Of a DNA stretch of 35,848 nucleotides, positions 26,102 through 35,560 are shown piece by piece (position 1 is the stretch's first letter; each line of letters starts with the position of its first letter). The notes under the pieces were generated by a model that ran no database searches, was not told where the DNA came from, and was given only the letters and a program-made list of their open reading frames with translations. Source of the DNA: a virus (taxonomy: Duplodnaviria; Caudoviricetes); IMG/VR virus record IMGVR_UViG_3300048576_000483, positions 1-35,848 of that record, one strand, 5' to 3'. Position numbers and translations under genes: made by a program.

Positions 26102-29100
26102 TGGGCGCCGTCGTCGCCGCAGTCATCGGGGCCGTGGCCAGCTCCTGGGCCAGCGGCTACGTCATCGGCTATTTCGCGCTGCAGGGGACATGGCTCGCCG
26201 GAGCCGTGCGCTTTGGCCTGGGCATGATCGCCACGATGATGAGCTCCTCGCTGTTCTCGACGAGCGAAAAAAAATCCGACCTGGGCACCACGGCCCAGGA
26301 CCGCAAGCTGACCCTGCGCAGCACGCAGGAGAACCGCAAGCGCATCTACGGCACGGCCATGGTCTCCGGGCCGCTGGCCCTCAAGACCAGCACCGGATCC
26401 AGCAACGAATACCTGCACCTCGTCATCGCCATCGCCGGCCGCAAGGTGCGATCCATCGGCGAGGTGAGCTTTGACTCCGTGCTCTCCACCGCCTCGAGGG
26501 TGAGCGACTACAACCGGGTCAAAAAGCACCTGGGCAGCGCTTTGCAGGAGGCGGACGCCGACCTCGTGGCCGAGGTCCCCGGCTGGACCACGGCGCACCG
26601 CGGCCGTGGCGTGGCCTACGTGTACACGCGGCAAAAGTACGACTCCACGGCCTGGCCCAACGGCATCAAGAACGTCCAGGCCATCGCCGAGGGCCACGCC
26701 CTGTATGACCCGCGCCTCGCCACCATCTCCATCGCCGCCAGCGCAGCCGGAACCCCGGCGGTTCTGACCACCACGGCGGCCCACGGCCTGGCCGTGGATG
26801 ACGAGGTGTTCGTCCTTGGTCATGCGGACCTGGCCAAGCGCTATTTCGTGGCCAGCGTTCCCAGCGCGACCACGCTGACCCTGGCCGACGCCGTGAGCGG
26901 CGCGGCCGTGGCCCTTGCGGCCGCCAGCACGGGCGGCGTCCTCTCCCGCATGCGCTGGAGCAACAACTGGGCCCTGTGCGTCCTGGATTACCTGCTCGAC
27001 CCCGAGGGCCTGGACTGCGGCATGGATGAGATCGACGCGGACTACTGGATCGCCGCGGCCAATCTCTCCGATGAGCAGGTGGCCCTGGGCGCGGTGGCCG
27101 CGTTCACGGCCGACCCCGCCACGGACGTGATCACCCTGGCCGAGGCCGTGCCCTGGCAGACCGGCCTGCAGGTGCGGCTGAGCTCCACCGGGAACCTGCC
27201 CGGCGGCCTGGCGGCGGCGAAGTCCTATGCCTGGGTCCGGCTTTCGCCGACCACGGGCCAGCTCGCCGCCACCAAGGAGGACGCGCTCTACGGGCTGGGG
27301 GTCGACATCACCAGCGCGGGGAGCGGCGCGCACAGCGTCAGCGCCGCGCTGATCTGCGGCATCGACGCGGCCGCGCCGCAGCAGAGCGCGACCTTCACGG
27401 CGGACGCGTCCAGCGACGTGCTGACGCTTTCGGCGGACATCGCCTGGACCACGGGCGTTCGGGTTCGGCTGAGCTCCAGCGGGACGCTGCCCACCGCGCG
27501 CATCACCGTGCACCATGAGCCATCGTCCGGCGGAGAGTCCGCCGAGTTGGGATGGGATGAGATCGTCGAGCAGGCGCTGAGCGCCGGGACCGACTACTAT
27601 CTGATCCGGGTGAGCGCCAGCACGTACCGGCTGGCCAGCAGCGCGGCCAACGCCACGGCCGGAACGGCCATGGACATCGTCTCCGCGGGGAGCGGCGCAC
27701 ACACCATCGCCAACTACGTGGCGGCGGGCGCGGCGCACAGCGGCCTCGTCACCCTATCCGACGAGGTCCCGCGCGACAGCGATTCGAGCGACGACAGCGA
27801 TCAGGACGAGATCAATCCGCAATTCGGCTGGGACACCGGCGACGGCGTGGCCTTCGCGGGCGGCACGCCGCCTGCCGGCCTCGCGCTCGGCGTCACCTAC
27901 TACTGGATCCGCGTCACCAACACCACGGGCTATCTGGCCGCCAGCCACGAGGACGCCATCGCGCATGCCGCCATGACCCTTGTCGATTCCGGGGCCGGCC
28001 TCGCGCTGGCCCGCGTGAGCCAGGCCCGCTACACCTGCAACGGCGTGCTCGACCTCGGCAACAAGCCCATCGACAACCTGGACAAGCTGCTCACCGCCGG
28101 CGGCGGATATGTGCCCTACATCCAGGGCCGGTATCGCCTCTACGGCGCGGGGGCTCAGGTCCCGAGCTTCGCGCTCACCGCCTCGGACGCGCGGGACTCG
28201 GTCAAGGTCCAGGCCCGGCAGGCCAAGCGCGACATCTACAACGCCGTGCGCGGGACCTTCATCGACCCCACGCAGCTTTGGCAGGCCACGGATTTGCCGC
28301 CGTTGCAAAGCGCCGTTTACCAGGCGCAGGACGGCGGCCAGGTGATCTGGAAGGACCTGGAGCTGCCGTTCACCACGGATTGCATCCGCGGCCAGCGCCT
28401 GCTCAAGATCTATCTGGAGGACGCGCGCCAGGGCATGACCGTCGACTTTCCCGCGCGCTACACGGCGGGCGGGGCGTCGGTCTTTGAAATCGCGCCCATG
28501 TGCGTCGGCACGCTCAGCATGAATCTCTTCGGATTCACGGCCAAGCAGTTTGTCTGCACCTCCTGGAAGGTGGCCGACGATCTGGGCATCGACCTCGTGC
28601 TCAAGGAGTACGCCGCCGCGGCATTCGATTGGAGCCCGGCCGAGGCCAACCACCCGGACTACGCGCCGAATACCGCGCTGCCCAGTCCCGGCGTGGTGGC
28701 GGCCCCGACTGGCCTTTCCCTGGAGTCCGGCACCGCCGTACTCTACGTCCGGGCGGACGGCACGGTGCAATCGCGCCTGCGCCTGGCCTGGACGGCCCCG
28801 GCCGACCGCTTCGTCTTGTCCGGCGGGACCATCGAGATCGGCTACCGGCGTAGTTCGGATGCGGCCTGGACGCGCGGCGGATCCGTCGCCGGCGAGGCGA
28901 CCGAAGCCTATATCCTCGACGTGGAGGACGGCGTCGCCTATGACGTGCGCATCCGCGCGGTCAACGGCATCGGCGCGGCCTCGGCCTGGGTCGCCGGTTA
29001 CAATCACATGGTGCTCGGCAAGAGCGAAGCGCCGCCCGCGGTGGACGGCGTGTATCTGCACGGCGACTCCATCTACTGGACCTACGGCGGGCAGCCGGTG

Positions 29101-30048
29101 GACTTCGCGGGCTATCGCGTGCGCATCGCCGGCGGCGTCACGCGGACCTGGGAGAAGGGCGTCGACTGGCCCAACGCCGACGCCGTCGTCACCGAAAGGT
29201 CCATCCCGCGGTCCGCCCTGGGCCTGGCCACGCAGACCATCATGGTCAAGGCCCAGGACAGCAGCGGCAACCTCTCCGACGTGGCCCGCGCCCTGACGCT
29301 CAATCTCGGCGAATACTCGCCGGACAATGTCATCGTCACCACGGATGAGCGGGCCCTCGGCTGGCCGGGGACCATCACCGGCGGCCACGTCGACGCTGAT
29401 GGCGACCTGGCCTGCGACGACACCGGCGACGCCTACCTGCCGGACGGCGCGAGTCCTTACCTGCCGCAGCCGCAGGCGGCCTATCTGCCCGTCAGCTATG
29501 GCGAGATGACCTATGCCTGGGAGTATGTCCCCGCCGCGGCGGACGTGCCGGGCGTGGCCTACCTCACCACGGGCATCGAGGGCGACGGCTGGAATGTCCA
29601 GTACCGCCGGCGCGGCACGCCGGAGACCTACCTTGGGCACGACGACGACGCCTATTTGCCCGACAATTCTGCGCTCTATCTGGGCGGCCCCACGCCCTGG
29701 ACGCCGTTCACCGGCGGAATCGCCATGCAGCGCGAGCGGCTGGACCTGCTGCTGACCATCGAAGCCGGCGTGCATGCCGGCAAAGCCAACGCGCTCAGCG
29801 TCTCCATCGACGTTGCGGACATCGTGGAGAGCTTCGAAAATCTGGTGATTTCGTCCGCCGGAACGCGGCTGCCGATCACCAAGACCTACCGGTCCATCGA
29901 CTTCCTAGGGTCAATCGCCCTGCACGATGACGGCCACGGCGCGACGGGCGTCGCCGTCCTGGACAAGGATCCGGCCCTGGGACCGAAGCTGGCCGCCGTC
30001 GGGGCGAGCCAGGCCACCATCGACGTCTACAACATGAAGGGGCATTAA
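26101..30048 (+). CDS. Tail tip attachment/central fibre protein (gpJ-like) with inserted repeats and an FN3-like domain
   Basis: RKRIYG, HRGRGVAYVY, WSNNWALCVLDYL, RYTCNGV, YNAVRGTFIDP, DLELPFT, YDVRIRAVNGIG. Confidence 0.88.
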   Translation: MGAVVAAVIGAVASSWASGYVIGYFALQGTWLAGAVRFGLGMIATMMSSSLFSTSEKKSDLGTTAQDRKLTLRSTQENRKRIYGTAMVSGPLALKTSTGSSNEYLHLVIAIAGRKVRSIGEVSFDSVLSTASRVSDYNRVKKHLGSALQEADADLVAEVPGWTTAHRGRGVAYVYTRQKYDSTAWPNGIKNVQAIAEGHALYDPRLATISIAASAAGTPAVLTTTAAHGLAVDDEVFVLGHADLAKRYFVASVPSATTLTLADAVSGAAVALAAASTGGVLSRMRWSNNWALCVLDYLLDPEGLDCGMDEIDADYWIAAANLSDEQVALGAVAAFTADPATDVITLAEAVPWQTGLQVRLSSTGNLPGGLAAAKSYAWVRLSPTTGQLAATKEDALYGLGVDITSAGSGAHSVSAALICGIDAAAPQQSATFTADASSDVLTLSADIAWTTGVRVRLSSSGTLPTARITVHHEPSSGGESAELGWDEIVEQALSAGTDYYLIRVSASTYRLASSAANATAGTAMDIVSAGSGAHTIANYVAAGAAHSGLVTLSDEVPRDSDSSDDSDQDEINPQFGWDTGDGVAFAGGTPPAGLALGVTYYWIRVTNTTGYLAASHEDAIAHAAMTLVDSGAGLALARVSQARYTCNGVLDLGNKPIDNLDKLLTAGGGYVPYIQGRYRLYGAGAQVPSFALTASDARDSVKVQARQAKRDIYNAVRGTFIDPTQLWQATDLPPLQSAVYQAQDGGQVIWKDLELPFTTDCIRGQRLLKIYLEDARQGMTVDFPARYTAGGASVFEIAPMCVGTLSMNLFGFTAKQFVCTSWKVADDLGIDLVLKEYAAAAFDWSPAEANHPDYAPNTALPSPGVVAAPTGLSLESGTAVLYVRADGTVQSRLRLAWTAPADRFVLSGGTIEIGYRRSSDAAWTRGGSVAGEATEAYILDVEDGVAYDVRIRAVNGIGAASAWVAGYNHMVLGKSEAPPAVDGVYLHGDSIYWTYGGQPVDFAGYRVRIAGGVTRTWEKGVDWPNADAVVTERSIPRSALGLATQTIMVKAQDSSGNLSDVARALTLNLGEYSPDNVIVTTDERALGWPGTITGGHVDADGDLACDDTGDAYLPDGASPYLPQPQAAYLPVSYGEMTYAWEYVPAAADVPGVAYLTTGIEGDGWNVQYRRRGTPETYLGHDDDAYLPDNSALYLGGPTPWTPFTGGIAMQRERLDLLLTIEAGVHAGKANALSVSIDVADIVESFENLVISSAGTRLPITKTYRSIDFLGSIALHDDGHGATGVAVLDKDPALGPKLAAVGASQATIDVYNMKGH

Positions 30049-30049
30049 C

Positions 30050-30292
30050 ATGACGACCCTGCCCATCGCTGGGATTTTCACCAACACGAGCACGACGAAC
30101 GCGCAGGCCAAGCAGGCCCAGGACGACATGCTGGAGGCCACCCGCACGGCCGTGCAAACGGACGACGCCCGCCTGACCAACTCCCGCAAGTGCAACAATA
30201 CCTTCGATGACCCGGCCGTGGCCAGGTCTAACCTGGGAATCCCCAGCACTTCGCTGGCCCCCGTAAAAAAGCTGGCCTACTGGCTGGCCTAG
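30050..30292 (+). CDS. Short tail-fibre-like protein
   Basis: DDARLTNSR and ARSNLG motifs typical of fibre N-termini. Confidence 0.6.
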   Translation: MTTLPIAGIFTNTSTTNAQAKQAQDDMLEATRTAVQTDDARLTNSRKCNNTFDDPAVARSNLGIPSTSLAPVKKLAYWLA

Positions 30293-30304
30293 GAGGTCAA
30301 GAAC

Positions 30305-30631
30305 ATGGCTTTGAAGAATTGGCCCCTTATCCCGTCCGCCGCCACAGAGACCGATCTCGTCGCGGGCACCACCGGCAAGACCACCTACGTGAAGCACGTG
30401 CTCATAACCAACCACGGATCGGGCACGGCCAACATCGAACTGCGCCTCACCGATGCGAGCAACAACCTGCTGGCCATGCAGGGCTATCCGCGCAGCGTCG
30501 CAATCGGGAACTCCATCAAGATCCCCGTTGAACTCAACATCGAAGAGACCCAGAAGCTTCGGGCCACGTCGTCCATCGCCAACGTCAGCTTCACCGCCAA
30601 CGGCGACGACGATTTTAGTCTGACCGCATAG
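30305..30631 (+). CDS. Hypothetical beta-rich virion protein
   Basis: AGGAGG RBS; beta-strand pattern; phage-like codon use. Confidence 0.65.
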   Translation: MALKNWPLIPSAATETDLVAGTTGKTTYVKHVLITNHGSGTANIELRLTDASNNLLAMQGYPRSVAIGNSIKIPVELNIEETQKLRATSSIANVSFTANGDDDFSLTA

Positions 30632-30639
30632 GAGGGCCC

Positions 30640-31359
30640 ATGATTCTCGACATCAACGACATGGGGCTTGAGCGGATGGCCTATCCGCACTTGACGGGAG
30701 TTCCCGTTGTCCTACCATTCACCGAAGCCACGGCTGACGCCAACACCTTCGTCTGCGAGTTCACGGGCGGAAGCAGCGCCAACGAAACCGGAGTTGGCCT
30801 CGGCCTCACCGGGGCCGATCTCGTGCTGTCGCAGGCTGGCGGCGTCGGCGCGGCATCCAGTGGACACAGGGGGCTTGCTCCCAATAAGTACTTCACCGGA
30901 ACCGCCGCATTCGTTGCCGCCTGGGCCAACCAGCCAGAGTGGTCGTTTTTCCTGGAATTCCAAAGCAATGTCATTGCCGTAAACGCGACGCTATGGGATT
31001 TGGAGACGTCCACTAGGGGCCTTAATCCTCAGGCGGCATTTGCGTCCGGAATCTATAACCTTTATGCGAATCCCCAGATCATCACGCCCGGAGATACGCT
31101 GCCCAACACCACGTCCAGCATCTACGCGGGAGCGTGGCTCAAGAACAACATCCTGCATTTCGGATGGAAGATCACCGACATCATGCCTATCGGATGGGAC
31201 GATTTCCCCGCCACGCAGCGTGTGGCCTGCCGGGGCGTCGCGCAATTCAGCGGCACCTGGACGACATTGCGCGTCGCGGGATCAACCTCCTATGGGGCCA
31301 CCATGAACATCGGGCGGGTCATCGCCAGCAAAATCGGCCTTGCGGCCGCGCCGATCTAA
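30640..31359 (+). CDS. Putative receptor-binding (lectin-like beta-sandwich) protein
   Basis: AGGAGG RBS; Gly/Thr/aromatic beta-rich sequence; lower-GC 3' half. Confidence 0.5.
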   Translation: MILDINDMGLERMAYPHLTGVPVVLPFTEATADANTFVCEFTGGSSANETGVGLGLTGADLVLSQAGGVGAASSGHRGLAPNKYFTGTAAFVAAWANQPEWSFFLEFQSNVIAVNATLWDLETSTRGLNPQAAFASGIYNLYANPQIITPGDTLPNTTSSIYAGAWLKNNILHFGWKITDIMPIGWDDFPATQRVACRGVAQFSGTWTTLRVAGSTSYGATMNIGRVIASKIGLAAAPI

Positions 31360-31367
31360 GGAACACC

Positions 31368-31700
31368 ATGCAGTATGCAATCTGTACCCTGAATGACCTA
31401 GGATTTGTGGACGGCAACGGCAAACCCCTAGCCAGCATTGATGGTCGCGACAACCGGACCGAACCCTTTCGCCATCTTGGCGTTGCGGGCTATCCGGAAA
31501 GCGCGGTGTTGTGCATCGACCAACCCGGCGAAGCAAAAACCACTACGCTGGCGATCCTGCCAGACGGCGCGGGTCTTCCCGAGAACGGCAAGGAGATCGC
31601 CGCTGCCGACGTGCGCGCGCTTTTGGTGGCCAGCTACGGCTTTCCCGCGGGCACCACGCTGGGCCTGGATGGCCTGCCGGCCATGCCGGCGGGGACGTAG
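31368..31700 (+). CDS. Hypothetical protein at the end of the tail operon
   Basis: AAGGA RBS, ATG 31368. Confidence 0.6.
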   Translation: MQYAICTLNDLGFVDGNGKPLASIDGRDNRTEPFRHLGVAGYPESAVLCIDQPGEAKTTTLAILPDGAGLPENGKEIAAADVRALLVASYGFPAGTTLGLDGLPAMPAGT

Positions 31701-31824
31701 CCCACGACAGACATCGTCGACGCCGCCCCGACCGAGGCGGGCAAGGCCTGGCTGGCGGACCTGGAGGCGCAGATCTCCGCGCTGCGGGTGAAGCGGACGA
31801 CGACATGAGCGAGCAAGCGGATCG

Positions 31825-32943
31825 CTAGCGCGTCCTTTGGCTCGGGGTGTACGCGGGGATGCGTAGCCGGGTGCGTCGTCGCTGGATGGATATGGGCGTG
31901 CGTCCTAGTATCAGGCCTATCGCGCTGTCTGTGTCCGTGCCCAAGAGAGCGTCCTCCTCCGCCGTCCAGTCATTGTGTGGCCTACGACGTATGTATGCGG
32001 GGATGCGCAGACGGTTGCGATATCGCTCGATGGATTCGGGCGTGCGTCCTAGTATCAGGCCTATCGCTCTATCTGTGTCCGTACCCAAGAGAGCTATCTG
32101 ATCCGCTGTCCAGCCTCCGCGCTGATGGGCTGGGCTCGACTTACCACGGGAGTTGGGGCGGGGAGTATAGGGTATCGCGCGCACATCGTCGGGATGGACT
32201 AAGCGACGACGATCTCTCATAATAGACATTAACCAATTGGTGTGCATACGATATAATATAGCATACTCGGGTATGCCAGTAAGCCTGGACGCCACATCTA
32301 TAGTGATCCACTCGGAGATGTCATCGGGTATATATCTCGTGTCGGCGCGAAATCGGCGGTTGACCGATTCGCGCCACAGGAAGAGGTCATCTATCCGGAT
32401 CCAGGGTCTACCTTCGAGGCGGCAAGATCTGAGATCGCCGGCTTTTATTGCAGAGGATAATGTGGCAGGAGTAAGTCCTATAATTTGCGCGGCTTCGGCC
32501 GTGATGAGGAGCCTACAGCCGTCGGCGTCATAACGCCGGACATGCTCTGGCCGACGGCGATGCTGGCTCACCGCGCCAGCGCTCCGGCCATGCGCCGCGC
32601 GAAAATCCTCAATAGTGCTGGTGGTATCAACGCACCGCTCCCGCCACCAGGCCGCGTTGTCCGCATGCCAGTCATGGCCCAGGGCCTTGCGCAGGCGCTT
32701 GATGGCCGTGCGGCAGAGAGGCAAGCTGATGCCGTCCGGGTCCATGCGCATCGACTCAAGGTAGTCCGCAAGATCGCGCGTCATGATGGCCCTGACTCCG
32801 CCGCCCCCTTTGCCGCGCTGCGCGTCCTGGGGCCAGCCGAGCATAACCGGCCAGCCATGCTCCGTCGGCCGCGCCTCGCGGACATCCCAGACGCGGCCCC
32901 AGATGTCCTCTGCCTGACCGATGATCGTCGCGTGTCGTCCCAT
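31825..32943 (-). CDS. Multi-HTH DNA-binding protein with C-terminal Myb/SANT-like repeats
   Basis: TAEAAQIIGLTPATL and DVASRLTGIPE HTH-like segments; two WTA..ALLGTDTD.AIGLILGRTP repeats. Confidence 0.7.
   Translation of the reverse strand: MGRHATIIGQAEDIWGRVWDVREARPTEHGWPVMLGWPQDAQRGKGGGGVRAIMTRDLADYLESMRMDPDGISLPLCRTAIKRLRKALGHDWHADNAAWWRERCVDTTSTIEDFRAAHGRSAGAVSQHRRRPEHVRRYDADGCRLLITAEAAQIIGLTPATLSSAIKAGDLRSCRLEGRPWIRIDDLFLWRESVNRRFRADTRYIPDDISEWITIDVASRLTGIPEYAILYRMHTNWLMSIMRDRRRLVHPDDVRAIPYTPRPNSRGKSSPAHQRGGWTADQIALLGTDTDRAIGLILGRTPESIERYRNRLRIPAYIRRRPHNDWTAEEDALLGTDTDSAIGLILGRTPISIQRRRTRLRIPAYTPSQRTR
31849..32112. repeat. Imperfect 144-bp tandem duplication (48 aa)
   Basis: GCGGGGATGCG at 31853 and 31997; shared GGGCGTGCGTCCTAGTATCAGGCCTATCGC. 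Confidence 0.9.
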
Positions 32944-32949
32944 GCCGAC

Positions 32950-33438
32950 CTATCCAGCCAGCAGGCTATCCACGTAGGCCTCAGGCTTCACCGTCCGGTA
33001 GTGGCCCGCCTGCCAGTAGGCGCAGGCCCAGATCGCCAGGGCGGTCGCCTCGATCTGCCCCAGGCCCTCCAGGCGCGATGCCAGCGCCTCCGTCTCATAG
33101 CCCCACTTGGCGGCCATCCCGTCCAGCTCGGCGTCGCGCACCATGAGCGCCAGGTGATCCGGACCGCAGAGCTGGGGCATGAGATAGTGGGCGTTGTGCA
33201 GGTCGACAAGCGCAAGCAGCTCCTCACGCGAGAGCTGCCGGGCTGCGCGCGCCAGGGCGCGCGGCAAGGCGACGCCCGCCCACTCGATGAGCCAGGCCGC
33301 GCCGCCCGTGGGCGAGGCGAAATTGTCTGTCGCGTAGTCGAGCGTGGACTCGTCGAGGCGCATGCTGACCATGCGGCGGCCGGCGCTGGGGCGCTGCTTG
33401 ACGCGCCCGCGCTTGGGCGTGGTGGGAGAGTCGGACAT
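32950..33438 (-). CDS. Hypothetical protein with possible ribbon-helix-helix N-terminus
   Basis: AGGAGG RBS; MVSMRLDESTL pattern. Confidence 0.7.
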   Translation of the reverse strand: MSDSPTTPKRGRVKQRPSAGRRMVSMRLDESTLDYATDNFASPTGGAAWLIEWAGVALPRALARAARQLSREELLALVDLHNAHYLMPQLCGPDHLALMVRDAELDGMAAKWGYETEALASRLEGLGQIEATALAIWACAYWQAGHYRTVKPEAYVDSLLAG

Positions 33439-33534
33439 GGGCACCTCCTGTGTGTGTGCGTTGCCGGGACTATCCCGGCCCCGATGCCAGGTCCGAGCGG
33501 GGCTCGGATCTGGTGCGGGGTCAGGCCGCGAGCG

Positions 33535-33792
33535 TCACAAGATATCTCCATGACAGCCGGGACGTAGGCGCACGGCGCCCACACCATTGAGGCCATTGGC
33601 CGCCATAGCCACGCACATACGCGCGATCTCCGGCGTCTCCCTCCGCGTGATCCGCATCTCCCAGTCCTCCCATAATCGGACTCCAAGCCATGTCCCGGTC
33701 ACAGAATGGTGGGCGGCAAGTCGATCCTGGGCACGCTTGGCGATGATGCGGACATCATGGATATCAGTCATGGCGGCGGTGATGGTGGGCAT
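33535..33792 (-). CDS. Hypothetical protein
   Basis: AAGGAGAG RBS before ATG. Confidence 0.6.
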   Translation of the reverse strand: MPTITAAMTDIHDVRIIAKRAQDRLAAHHSVTGTWLGVRLWEDWEMRITRRETPEIARMCVAMAANGLNGVGAVRLRPGCHGDIL

Positions 33793-33902
33793 AGTCTCTC
33801 CTTGTGGATCTATGAGCCAGTAGGTATAGTCACACGTCCTCGCCGGCCGTCGGGGGGCAGGCTGCCAGGCTCTGCATCCCCCTCGACGGTCGCGGCGAGG
33901 CG

Positions 33903-34232
33903 CTAGATGTAGTACACAGACCGCCCCGCAGCGCCCATGCGCTCCTCAGCGATGGGTCCGGTCTCGTCAGCGATGATCCGATAGCCATACTCATAGTCAT
34001 CCAGCTCATCCCAAGAGGCTTGGGGGTCGGGATCACAGCCCTCCCAGTCGGAGATATCCGCATCCGCATCCGCAAGGGCGGCGGTATCCGTGCGCAGCGC
34101 CGCCGGGTTATGCTCGTAGCCACTGTGCGCATACACCGGGATAGTGCGCTTGTGGTCATCGGCCGCAAAGACATACAGGGTCAGGCCGCCGCCATTGTCC
34201 TCGACCACGCTGTAGATATACTTGGCGCTCAT
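33903..34232 (-). CDS. Acidic hypothetical protein
   Basis: GAGGAG RBS; first gene after the sigma70 promoter. Confidence 0.7.
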   Translation of the reverse strand: MSAKYIYSVVEDNGGGLTLYVFAADDHKRTIPVYAHSGYEHNPAALRTDTAALADADADISDWEGCDPDPQASWDELDDYEYGYRIIADETGPIAEERMGAAGRSVYYI

Positions 34233-34285
34233 GGTCTCTCCTCGGTTTGTCGGGCTTGGCCCCCTGCCTTGCCCTTGTTGAGGAT

Positions 34286-34314
34286 AAGATAGCGACGCGC
34301 TGACATTTTGTCAA
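34286..34314 (-). promoter_or_regulatory. Near-consensus sigma70 promoter with overlapping palindrome
   Basis: TTGACA (34314-34309), 17 bp spacer, TATCTT (34291-34286); TGACA-TTT-TGTCA at 34301-34313; AT-rich tract upstream. Confidence 0.8.
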
Positions 34315-34404
34315 GCACTTTGTAATATTTTTATTATTAATAATATCGGCATATTGTCGTTATTGGGAAAAATGATCGCGTAGGAGTCACAAGCTGGGCC
34401 CGGG

Positions 34405-34929
34405 CTACCAAGGGGCGGCGTGCCCTCGGTTCCGATCCCATTCCTCGCGGTAGAGGCGGGCCAGCTCGGGAGAGTCCAGGATGAGCAGGTTTTCGGCGTT
34501 GCGCGCCTCCGCCCCGGTGGTGAAGTTGAAACTGCCGGTGGCCACGGCCCGGCAGTCGAAGACCATGATCTTGTTGTGCGCGATGGCGTGTCGTGAATCC
34601 ACGGCGACGTGGCCGCCGCAATCGGCCAGCGCCTGCCCCTGGCCTCCCTTGGCTGTCCGCTGCGAGCGGTCCAGCACGGCCTCCACTCGCACACCGCGCG
34701 CGACGGCCCGGCAAAGAGCCGCGGTGATGGGTCCGGAGGTGAAGCTGTAAGCCAGGATGTAGACAGACTCGTGCGCCGCGTCGATATGACGCACGAGCGC
34801 ATCCTGCGCGCCGCCATGGGGCGAATAATAGACCTCCGTTGGAACTTCTTTGAGTGTGAGGTCTTTTGCCGCGCCGCTGCCGGTGAGCATCAGCAGCGAC
34901 ACGACTACAAAGGCGAAAAAGCGCTTCAT
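34405..34929 (-). CDS. Exported phospholipase D-family (Nuc-like) endonuclease
   Basis: Signal peptide MKRFFAFVVVSLLMLTGSGAA; YYSPHGG, AYSFTS, single HNKIMVFD...GSFNFT...NAEN motif. Confidence 0.9.
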   Translation of the reverse strand: MKRFFAFVVVSLLMLTGSGAAKDLTLKEVPTEVYYSPHGGAQDALVRHIDAAHESVYILAYSFTSGPITAALCRAVARGVRVEAVLDRSQRTAKGGQGQALADCGGHVAVDSRHAIAHNKIMVFDCRAVATGSFNFTTGAEARNAENLLILDSPELARLYREEWDRNRGHAAPW

Positions 34930-35552
34930 TGATCGTCTATGGTATCGAGAAAATCCGCAATTTCAACTGGCGCGAAGCCTTGCTTTTCCAGAATCAGGCC
35001 AGCTTCGGCAAGGCCGAGTTGGCCTCCATGCGCAAGCTGGACCTCGTCATACGCCTTTTTTATGGGCGACGACGGGGGGCCTACTCCGGAGGGCATATCC
35101 CGGCCGCAATGCTTGCAAACAATGGCCTCGGGTTTGATCTCCTCGGCGCAATAGGGACAGAGGCGCGGTGTCGGCGGCGTGTAGGGCCGTGGTTCCTTGC
35201 GCAGGAGAAGGGGCTTAAACAGAACCGCCCAGGTCAATACTATGAGCGCTGTGGTTAAGACCCCAGCGTACTTCCCGTACGTTTCAGGGGGAATGATGAG
35301 CATGGACAGGGTGATGCTGAGCCCAGGCGAGATGAAAAAAAGGAAGAATCGACCAAACCGGCTGCTCTTTTGTATGTGGAATGATTTCGTCTTATACGCG
35401 GACCCGACTGCGGGACTCAGGCCGACCATAAGCAGTGCGAAGGGGCCGAGCAGAATGCCGAGTACGAACCAAAGACCTGAGCTTTTGTTTTTCTGCCCGG
35501 CGATGTAGGAAGAAGCGATACCGCAGAGTACCCAGATCGCGAAATATCCCAT
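34926..35552 (-). CDS. Multi-pass membrane protein with zinc ribbon
   Basis: About 4 TM segments; CPYCAEEIKPEAIVCKHCG; ATG 35552 after GAGG. Confidence 0.8.
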   Translation of the reverse strand: MGYFAIWVLCGIASSYIAGQKNKSSGLWFVLGILLGPFALLMVGLSPAVGSAYKTKSFHIQKSSRFGRFFLFFISPGLSITLSMLIIPPETYGKYAGVLTTALIVLTWAVLFKPLLLRKEPRPYTPPTPRLCPYCAEEIKPEAIVCKHCGRDMPSGVGPPSSPIKKAYDEVQLAHGGQLGLAEAGLILEKQGFAPVEIADFLDTIDDQ

Positions 35553-35560
35553 CCACCACC

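Noticed and set aside
11084-29775. Long minus-strand ORFs (e.g. 11084-12688, 12589-14652, 19173-21038, 25867-27738, 27754-29775)
   Set aside because: Mirror frames of high-GC3 structural genes; no motifs or RBS.
14644-31700. Amber (TAG) recoding or readthrough, since many genes end in TAG and some neighbours are in frame (16203/16213, 19670/19689, 30292/30305)
   Set aside because: In-frame junctions are about one in three, as expected by chance. TAG often forms part of the next gene's TAGGAGG RBS, conserved genes are not interrupted, and no suppressor tRNA is in the window.
30050-32112. Diversity-generating retroelement, invertible fibre cassette or CRISPR array
   Set aside because: No reverse transcriptase, invertase or repeat-spacer array is visible; the only long repeat is an in-frame 144-bp coding duplication with non-adenine-specific differences.
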